The notes under the pieces are model-generated. The model ran no database searches, was not told where the DNA came from, and worked only from the letters and a program-made list of their open reading frames with translations. Position numbers and translations under genes: made by a program. A stretch of 20,000 nt of DNA from an uncultured virus (IMG/VR IMGVR_UViG_3300042340_000066) (lineage: Duplodnaviria; Heunggongvirae; Uroviricota; Caudoviricetes), in IMG/VR virus record IMGVR_UViG_3300042340_000066; one strand, given 5' to 3'. Positions 14,434-20,000 of this stretch are shown piece by piece; position 1 is the first letter of the stretch, and every line of letters begins with the position of its first letter.

Positions 14434-15765
14434 TTATACGGCAGCTCTAGTGCGTATCATGGCTATCCCAAAAGTTTGAGTAGAGCCAACATTGTTATAA
14501 ATGGCGTAGCTTGATCCAGTCCAACCCACACCTACTTGTCCCGCTGATGGGGTGCTGCTAACTACATAACTAGCATTTCCGCCGAGCTTGAATATTGAAC
14601 TTCCGCAGAGTAAATATACACCCGCTTCACCGGTAATGTGGCTATTCAAAACTATGAGACCCGACCCTGTAGCCAGTACAGCATTTGCGCCATTCGTTAA
14701 AGTAATTTGCGACCCTGAGTGGTCTATACCCCATTGCGATGTTGGGGTATTTGTAACAACGACTTTTCCGCCGCGCTCAACGGTATCGTTGACCAACAAA
14801 TTCCCCGCCGCTGTGATGCGGGCGCGTTCTGTATTATTAGTCCCAAAAACCAGCGGGTGGTTAGACGTTGCATATAAAGCAATACCGCCAACCCCTGACG
14901 GGGTTAATAGGCAAGTGTGTGTGCCATCTGTAATCCTAAACCCACCGTTTGTTGCACACAGTACATCCAGCCTAGTCCCCGGCGAACTCGTCCCAATCCC
15001 GACATTCCCAGACGCATCCTTGTAAATCTGGTTAGTGCCGATGGCGATAACGCCCGTGCCGCCTGTAAGAGTGCCGGTATAGCTAAGATTGGTGAAAGTA
15101 CCCGCTGCGGCTGTGCCGCTTCCGATTGCTCCCGGCGCTGCAAACGTCGCACCGTTCAGAGAGCTTGCGTTGAGGTTTGCGACATTAGTGGTAGAAGCTA
15201 CAGTAAAAGGCGCTGTGCCGGTTGCAACAGTCGAGGTGATGGTCGTAAACCGACCTGTACTTGCCGTAGCGCCACCGATAGCAGGAGGTGAGGCGAGGTA
15301 GTTACTAAAGCCAGTACCAGAGACGGTAGAGGAAGCCGAAAGAGTAGTAAAGGCCCCTGTGCCTGCGGTTGTGTTGCCGATGTTGACGCTGTTTAGCGTC
15401 TGAGTCCAGCTTGGGTTCGTGCCGTCTGTAGTGAGGACGTAGCCGCTTTTGCTGTCTTGGTTGGGGACCAGTGAGCGCGTGGGCGCGGAGCAAAATACTC
15501 GTTTAGTACCAGAAGAAAAGTTGACTAGCGCACCGCTATTAGACGAGGCGATGACCGTAGTACGAGATAGTGTACCTGTAGTAACAAGGGTACCTATGCC
15601 AATTTCCCACTCGCCAATGCCGTTATCTATAGTGTAAAAGAGCACATCGCCCGTAGTGAATCCCGCAGCAAATGTAATGTACCCAGTAACAGCACCAGCC
15701 AAAGTAATCGTGCCGGTACCGCCAGTAGTAGTGGTCTCTTGGACCCGATTTTGCATCTTAGGCAC
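14434..15765 (-). CDS. Tail fibre / receptor-binding protein (443 aa)
   Basis: GTG start with GGAG RBS; N-terminal NRVQETTTTGGTGTITLAGAV...WEIGIGT...LSRTTVIASSN...VNFSSGTKRVF anchor; GYVLTTDGTNPSW, IGxTTxxxGxFTTL repeats, GTAPFTVASTTNVANLNA, GNVGIGTSSP and FGTNNTERARITAAGNLLV fibre motifs. Confidence 0.85.
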   Translation of the reverse strand: MPKMQNRVQETTTTGGTGTITLAGAVTGYITFAAGFTTGDVLFYTIDNGIGEWEIGIGTLVTTGTLSRTTVIASSNSGALVNFSSGTKRVFCSAPTRSLVPNQDSKSGYVLTTDGTNPSWTQTLNSVNIGNTTAGTGAFTTLSASSTVSGTGFSNYLASPPAIGGATASTGRFTTITSTVATGTAPFTVASTTNVANLNASSLNGATFAAPGAIGSGTAAAGTFTNLSYTGTLTGGTGVIAIGTNQIYKDASGNVGIGTSSPGTRLDVLCATNGGFRITDGTHTCLLTPSGVGGIALYATSNHPLVFGTNNTERARITAAGNLLVNDTVERGGKVVVTNTPTSQWGIDHSGSQITLTNGANAVLATGSGLIVLNSHITGEAGVYLLCGSSIFKLGGNASYVVSSTPSAGQVGVGWTGSSYAIYNNVGSTQTFGIAMIRTRAAV

Positions 15766-15777
15766 GGTGCTGCTCCC

Positions 15778-16206
15778 TTAACTCAGGATAATGATTGCGG
15801 TGCTGCTAGTGTTAGCAGGGAAAGTCACTTGGAAATTGCCGTTAGTAGAGGTGTACGTCCCTCCGAAGCTCAGAATCGCTACTGCCTTATTGGAATCAGT
15901 AGAATTGTAAATCAGAGCGCCCGCCGCAGAGATAGAAGCAGAGGTCCATGTCACGTCATCAAAATCCAGAAATGCGGTGGTGCCCGAGAGACTCACACCT
16001 ACATTAGTCAGCGTCTGCCCACCCGCCGTATACCCCGGTCCTGAAGATTCCCCAGAAGTCGTATAGACCGTAGTCGCGGAGTCTAGGTTAGCTGCCGAAG
16101 TGTAAAGAGCAAGTTTGAAGGTATCGCCACCCGCAGCGGCGAAGTTATGAATGCCTTGTAGAAGCTCGCTTTTGAACGACGAGGCAAGTGCCTGTGTAAT
16201 AGCCAT
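15778..16206 (-). CDS. Conserved phage virion/tail protein (142 aa, beta-rich)
   Basis: MAITQALASSFKSELLQGIHNF...DTFKLALYTS...GYTAGGQTL...DFDDVTW...AAGALIYN...AVAILSFGG is a widespread phage structural family by recognition. GAGGT RBS. Confidence 0.7.
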   Translation of the reverse strand: MAITQALASSFKSELLQGIHNFAAAGGDTFKLALYTSAANLDSATTVYTTSGESSGPGYTAGGQTLTNVGVSLSGTTAFLDFDDVTWTSASISAAGALIYNSTDSNKAVAILSFGGTYTSTNGNFQVTFPANTSSTAIIILS

Positions 16207-16209
16207 GAT

Positions 16210-16323
16210 TTATACCTCTTCGGAAATTTCAAATTCTGCGTCGGGCTCAAAGTGGTCGGCCATCACAGCGACATCATTGAGAGTAAATTCTATAATCTGA
16301 TCTACTTCGTTTTCTTCGTTCAT
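16210..16323 (-). CDS. Tiny acidic protein (37 aa)
   Basis: Not in the ORF track. MNEENEVDQIIEFTLNDVAVMADHFEPDAEFEISEEV; ATGA overlap with the upstream stop; ends 3 nt before the next ATG and fills the gap exactly. Confidence 0.6.
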   Translation of the reverse strand: MNEENEVDQIIEFTLNDVAVMADHFEPDAEFEISEEV

Positions 16324-16961
16324 ACGACTTGATCTCTAACTTGGGTTGTTCTGAAATTGTCTTCGCGGTTTTTCGCATCTCCAAGCATTTTAAGAAGTCC
16401 CATCGCTTCATTATACTTGTTCTGGTAGTTCTGCGTCATATCCGCTTCGCCTTTCAGAAAGACAGAGGCTTCAACCAATGAGCCCCACAACAGCACAGAG
16501 GGGTAGTTCTGGCCCAACCAGCTAGTCCCTGCGTCAACAATAGACTGCGGAGCCGCGTAGTAATGAAGCTCCATCGTGTAATTCACGTCTGGAGTCGGGC
16601 CTAGAATAAACGCAGTAGAACTAAACAGACCGTAGTATTTTGGCTCACCGATAGCCGTTGGAAACGGGTAGGCTTCACGGATGTAGTTCACATCTTTCTG
16701 CAGGAGGTAAGTGTAGTTACCGCTAGCGTCAATGGTTGCCATTGAAAACACAGACAAAAAGTCTGATGGCATGTTGAGGTACTGAAACAACTGAGTGGCT
16801 TCGCCCGTAACATTACGTCTGAATGCTGGGAGTTGAACGGTGTTGTTGACCAGTAGCTCTGTATTCTTTACAAAGTTAGGGATGTTTGCGTTGAACGTGG
16901 GCTCGTCAACTTCACTATATTGCTGAATGGCATCGTAAAGCTGCTGGTACGTCAGGCTCAT
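16320..16961 (-). CDS. Head-tail adaptor / tail tubular protein A-like (213 aa)
   Basis: LTYQQLYDAIQQY...IPNFVKNTE helix, YLNMPSDFL, GEPKYYG, FILGPTPDVNYTMELHYY, TSWLGQNYPSVLLWGSLVEA: the pattern of podovirus adaptor ring proteins. Confidence 0.65.
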   Translation of the reverse strand: MSLTYQQLYDAIQQYSEVDEPTFNANIPNFVKNTELLVNNTVQLPAFRRNVTGEATQLFQYLNMPSDFLSVFSMATIDASGNYTYLLQKDVNYIREAYPFPTAIGEPKYYGLFSSTAFILGPTPDVNYTMELHYYAAPQSIVDAGTSWLGQNYPSVLLWGSLVEASVFLKGEADMTQNYQNKYNEAMGLLKMLGDAKNREDNFRTTQVRDQVV

Positions 16962-16981
16962 GTCAAATATCCCTTAACTTT

Positions 16982-17134
16982 TTAACCCAGCTTGGTAGAA
17001 GACTTATCGCCTTTGACGGCTGCACCCGTGCCGCGTACTTTTACGGTCTGAGTGTTGGGCTTCTCATTTGGGTAGCCAGCGGTGTTTGGAGTCGGGACTT
17101 TTTCGGCGGTACCGCCCGTTTTACGTGTACTCAT
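16982..17134 (-). CDS. Small basic protein (50 aa) with RGTGAAVKG motif
   Basis: Not in the ORF track. MSTRKTGGTAEKVPTPNTAGYPNEKPNTQTVKVRGTGAAVKGDKSSTKLG; starts 2 nt after the upstream stop. I recall the RGxGAAxKG motif from related phages. Confidence 0.7.
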   Translation of the reverse strand: MSTRKTGGTAEKVPTPNTAGYPNEKPNTQTVKVRGTGAAVKGDKSSTKLG

Positions 17135-17136
17135 GA

Positions 17137-17322
17137 TTACTTACTCTTTTGGTTCTTGGCACGAGCCATATTCCGGCCCATCTTTTTCATTTCAGCAGAG
17201 GTGACTCCACCTTTCTTGAGACCCTTTAGGCGTGTCTTTTTTCCTTCATGCAATTGGTCATCGTGCATGCCCATAGCCTTCTTAATCATTTTCTTATCCT
17301 GAGAAACGTCTTCGTGTTTCAT
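17137..17322 (-). CDS. Small Lys-rich protein (61 aa)
   Basis: GAGGT RBS; 18 of 61 residues are K/R; contains KGLKKGG; fits the operon tiling. Confidence 0.7.
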   Translation of the reverse strand: MKHEDVSQDKKMIKKAMGMHDDQLHEGKKTRLKGLKKGGVTSAEMKKMGRNMARAKNQKSK

Positions 17323-17331
17323 CTGTAACCT

Positions 17332-17658
17332 CTAGCTAATTGTAACAAAAACGCTGTTAAGCGTAAAATCGGCCTGTTGTGAAGCGATAGGATTCCATGC
17401 AAATAACCCTCTGGAATCGTTCAAATTGGTATCAGGTCTTGGATTACGCAGTGCCTGCGGATCGTTAGCTACCTTCTGTGCGCCTATAACTCCGACCCAT
17501 AATTGCGGCTGGTCTGCCTCCCAACAGGTAGGGCAAACTCTCTGATTGATGATCTTGCCGAAAACCACATACTGCTTGAGTTTTTTCAGTGGATAGCGAA
17601 AGGTACAACGATCACAGAAGCCAAACGCCTTTTTCTCACTAGCAAACCGTTGAGCCAT
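17332..17658 (-). CDS. Zn-ribbon protein (108 aa; CxxC...CxxC) in the neck gene cluster
   Basis: CDRC and CPTC pairs followed by DQPQ...DPQALRNPRPD; ATG directly abuts the upstream stop. Confidence 0.7.
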   Translation of the reverse strand: MAQRFASEKKAFGFCDRCTFRYPLKKLKQYVVFGKIINQRVCPTCWEADQPQLWVGVIGAQKVANDPQALRNPRPDTNLNDSRGLFAWNPIASQQADFTLNSVFVTIS

Positions 17659-18363
17659 TTACCAGCCTCCGCCTCCTACATAGCTGATAGCGGGAACAAA
17701 TCTTACCGAAGCTCTCTGCCTATCTTCGTCTGCGGCTAACTGGAAGGCTTCGTCGTATATCTGTTTCAGCATCGGGATTCGCCCTTCAGCTTCAGGAGTC
17801 TTGATAGAGAGATAGTATGCCAACCCAGCGATCAAAGCGGGGACAAATCTGAACGGCATATCGGCGGTATTCGTACCTGCGGAACCGGTATCATCCATTC
17901 TACGGAGCTTCCAATACACCAGCTTGTACCCGTCTACATTGGGGGCAGGCCAGATTCTCGCTATCGGTGCGTCCGTTTGGCGGTCTACAAAAATCTGAAT
18001 GGGCCTGCCTGTAGCGAGTTTGTTGGGAATTGTGGCATAAGTAGAGACACTAATACGGGCTATCTGCAGGTCTACTTGCGTGGTGGGATTGCCATCATTC
18101 TGCCGTACAACGGTTTCAAGCAGGTCTATGGTGTCTGCAGGGAGAGGGTAATTGCTTACGCCCACGCTCAAATTCAAAGAACCCTGTTCGATTGTCCATA
18201 GGTTTAGACCACGCGAAGCCCATTCTTGAAACAGCAAATTGAGGCTGCGCCTCGCCGTTTTGAACTGATAACCCGTGCGTACCTCAACCCCGACTCTCTC
18301 AAAGGCTTCTTCGATGATTTCGGCAAAATCAGGAGTCCAAGTCGCTGTGCCTGAAGTGGTCAT
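17659..18363 (-). CDS. Head-tail adaptor / head completion protein (P22 gp4-like N-terminus, 234 aa)
   Basis: EIIEEAFERVG...ARRSLNLLFQEWASRGLNLW helix pair, YPLPADTID, GRPIQIF, IWPAPN, PFRFVPALIAGLAYYLS. Confidence 0.65.
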   Translation of the reverse strand: MTTSGTATWTPDFAEIIEEAFERVGVEVRTGYQFKTARRSLNLLFQEWASRGLNLWTIEQGSLNLSVGVSNYPLPADTIDLLETVVRQNDGNPTTQVDLQIARISVSTYATIPNKLATGRPIQIFVDRQTDAPIARIWPAPNVDGYKLVYWKLRRMDDTGSAGTNTADMPFRFVPALIAGLAYYLSIKTPEAEGRIPMLKQIYDEAFQLAADEDRQRASVRFVPAISYVGGGGW

Positions 18364-18521
18364 TTTTTACTCTTCGCTGCCCGCATGTTATCAACGAGAT
18401 TCGGGTAAGGTCGCCCTGCTTTCTTCGCTGCAGCTTTAGCTGAGGCTTTCTTGGCAGAACTTAGCTTCTTTGGTTTGCCTAGCCCTTTAGGGCGCTCCTT
18501 ATCCCAAATTTCTTTAGCCAT
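18360..18521 (-). CDS. Small Lys/Ala-rich protein (53 aa)
   Basis: Not in the ORF track. MAKEIWDKERPKGLGKPKKLSSAKKASAKAAAKKAGRPYPNLVDNMRAAKSKK (17 of 53 K/R). TAATG overlap upstream and ATGA overlap downstream. Confidence 0.8.
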   Translation of the reverse strand: MAKEIWDKERPKGLGKPKKLSSAKKASAKAAAKKAGRPYPNLVDNMRAAKSKK

Positions 18522-19312
18522 TAGGTTTGACCGTTGTTCTTAATCAACAGGATATTGAAGTACGAACTGACCGAGTTGTTTGCCGCTGCACCTATCGCTG
18601 TGGCCCCGACGCAATTCTTTTCAGGGATTCTGTAAGGAAGTTCAAACAGGTAATCTGCCGTACCATTGTTGACGGCTGTCACGGCACCCACGCGAAGGAT
18701 GTCATCAGGCCCATGCTGCTTCAAAAACCCAGTAACGGAGGAGTTACCAGATGCCTGCCCAGCAGAAAAAAGCCCCTGTAGCATGTATCCTGTGTACCCT
18801 GCTGGAACGCAGTAATGGCCCGTAGTACGGTTGTTGAACCCTGTTGCAATAATATCATACAGCACGGCTGGAACACCCGAAGTCACTATGCCTGTACCCG
18901 CGTTGATATTCCCCGCATTGGCTCCACCTGATCCGACAGAAGTCACGTAGAACTGATTTACATAGAGATAACTTTTGGTCGTGTTTACCGCTGTCTGCCC
19001 ATCTAGGGTTACAGTTTCGCTGACTTCGTTGAAATCACCATCAAGCCCAACAATCGTAACTGTTCTTGCCCCTGTACCCGCAGCCGCGTCGTTCGTACTA
19101 GATGAGCTAATTTTGAGCACTGATGCTACTGTTGGATGAGGAACCGTGCCCCCATCAGGCCATACAGATTCTTCAGATGTGTCTACATCCGGGTTGTACC
19201 CAAAGACAATAACAGGCGAGTGCATCGTGATCTGCCCACGAGAGACCTGTATATGAAACGGCTCGTATTTGCCCAGACGACTGACGGAAGAAACTACACT
19301 GGTATTTGCCAT
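18521..19312 (-). CDS. Conserved phage protein, probably structural, beta-rich (263 aa)
   Basis: QVSRGQI...FGYNPDVD...SSSSTNDAAAGTGARTVTIVGLD...ETVTLDGQTAVNTT...GGANAGNI; Gly/Thr/Ser-rich composition; located in the virion operon. Confidence 0.55.
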   Translation of the reverse strand: MANTSVVSSVSRLGKYEPFHIQVSRGQITMHSPVIVFGYNPDVDTSEESVWPDGGTVPHPTVASVLKISSSSTNDAAAGTGARTVTIVGLDGDFNEVSETVTLDGQTAVNTTKSYLYVNQFYVTSVGSGGANAGNINAGTGIVTSGVPAVLYDIIATGFNNRTTGHYCVPAGYTGYMLQGLFSAGQASGNSSVTGFLKQHGPDDILRVGAVTAVNNGTADYLFELPYRIPEKNCVGATAIGAAANNSVSSYFNILLIKNNGQT

Positions 19313-19322
19313 GATTTTTTAC

Positions 19323-19574
19323 TCAACAATTCCATGCTTTTAGGGACAACGCTTTCCGCGTTGGCTTACCTTTTTCATCTTTCATAGGACCGGGCATACC
19401 GCTCATGCGGGCACAAAATGACTTTCTTCTGCCTGCGTCCTTCTTAGTTTTCGGATTAGGGGCGGGGGGCTTCAGATTCATTCCCTGTGCTTTGGCGCTA
19501 GCGCGGCCTTTTGCATTAAGCCCACCCTTTGGGTCTTTCCCCTCTTTTCTTTGCCAAGCTGGAGACTTAGCCAT
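19323..19574 (-). CDS. Small basic phage protein (83 aa; DUF6321-like by recollection)
   Basis: MAKSPAWQRKEGKDPKGGLNAKGRAS...RRKSFCARMSG...KPTRKALSLKAWNC is a highly recognisable conserved phage family of unknown function. Confidence 0.75.
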   Translation of the reverse strand: MAKSPAWQRKEGKDPKGGLNAKGRASAKAQGMNLKPPAPNPKTKKDAGRRKSFCARMSGMPGPMKDEKGKPTRKALSLKAWNC

Positions 19575-19576
19575 GA

Positions 19577-19984
19577 CTATCGCCTACCTCTAAACTGTGG
19601 CCTTTGTAGTGGCATAGCATTGGGATTACCCATAACTTGCGGCATACCTTGTGGCGTTGGCCTAGGCATTGGGCGTGGCATCGGCTGCGCTTGGGGGAGA
19701 ACTTGAGGTTGTGGAGCCGGTTGAGATATCTGGGGTTGACCCTGCGGTTGGAATGACCCTACAGAAATAGGAGGTTGTCCTCGCGGTGCTTCGAGATAGT
19801 CATTACCAATTGAGAGAGGTTGCCCAAATTGAGCCCCCGCTCCACCCGGAGCAGGCATAGGCATTGGTCGCGCCATCCCTTGTGGCATCCCTTGTGGCAT
19901 CCCTTGTGGCATCCCTTGTGGTGGTCCCCCATAAAACATCTGTTGTCCGCTCGGAGCGGGACCCGCATACGCAGGTAGAGTCAT
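19577..19984 (-). CDS. Pro/Gln/Met/Gly-rich low-complexity protein (135 aa)
   Basis: Co-oriented ORF ending 2 nt before the next ATG; PQGM and PMPR repeats. The upstream context is cut by the window edge. Confidence 0.6.
   Translation of the reverse strand: MTLPAYAGPAPSGQQMFYGGPPQGMPQGMPQGMPQGMARPMPMPAPGGAGAQFGQPLSIGNDYLEAPRGQPPISVGSFQPQGQPQISQPAPQPQVLPQAQPMPRPMPRPTPQGMPQVMGNPNAMPLQRPQFRGRR
19874..19921. repeat. Perfect 12-bp tandem repeat x4 (catcccttgtgg), encoding (PQGM)4
   Basis: Four exact copies start at 19874, 19886, 19898 and 19910, with no spacers. Confidence 0.95.
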
Positions 19985-20000
19985 CTGAGGAGCACCCGGA

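Noticed and set aside
9692..15765. Diversity-generating retroelement or invertible tail-fibre switch
   Set aside because: I saw no reverse transcriptase, recombinase, template/variable repeat pair or inverted fibre fragment in the window.
310..19593. All plus-strand ORFs in the track (e.g. 4865-5188, 6650-7066, 10302-10538, 11484-11936, 13323-13868, 14588-15025)
   Set aside because: They are antisense shadows of well-supported minus-strand genes. Their Pro/Ala/Val or AFV repeats simply mirror the Gly/Ala/Thr-rich codons opposite.
19874..19921. Tandem repeats as a CRISPR array or iterons
   Set aside because: The 12-bp units have no spacers and are in frame within a coding region; no cas or rep gene is nearby.
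1..20000. tRNA/ncRNA genes, intrinsic terminators, alternative genetic code
   Set aside because: Intergenic gaps are under about 50 bp with no convincing hairpin-polyT or cloverleaf. Genes tile fully under the standard code and use TAA, TGA and TAG stops.

Overview
The whole window is one co-oriented minus-strand virion morphogenesis and lysis region of a tailed dsDNA phage, most likely podovirus-like and of the kind common among uncultured aquatic Caudoviricetes. About 29 tightly packed CDSs are present, many coupled by ATGA/TAATG overlaps. Read in transcription order (right to left) they are: a Pro/Gln-rich protein, several tiny Lys-rich proteins, two adaptor/neck-type proteins flanking a Zn-ribbon protein, a conserved 142-aa tail protein, tail fibre 1 with accessory genes, a lysis cassette (M15 peptidase, 1-TM protein, holin), a ~20-aa-repeat protein, tail fibre 2 with an S74 chaperone, a P22 gp10/nozzle-like protein, and Gly/Ala/Gln-rich internal (ejection) proteins interleaved with a cupin-like and a GNAT-like gene. 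I translated six genes missing from the ORF track by hand. The most interesting signals are: (1) a shared hydrophobic-x-x-G-G motif (RGFSDGG, KRYADGG, KGLKKGG etc.) across otherwise unrelated internal and small basic proteins; (2) an endolysin whose N-terminal domain is a paralogue of the adjacent 51-aa protein; (3) a microhomology recombination scar fusing two broken tail-fibre accessory genes; (4) a TLNxVxV strand motif shared by three separate genes, suggesting a strand-complementation fibre. I saw no RNA genes, CRISPR array, integrase or mobile element. All family assignments come from motif recognition, not database searches.
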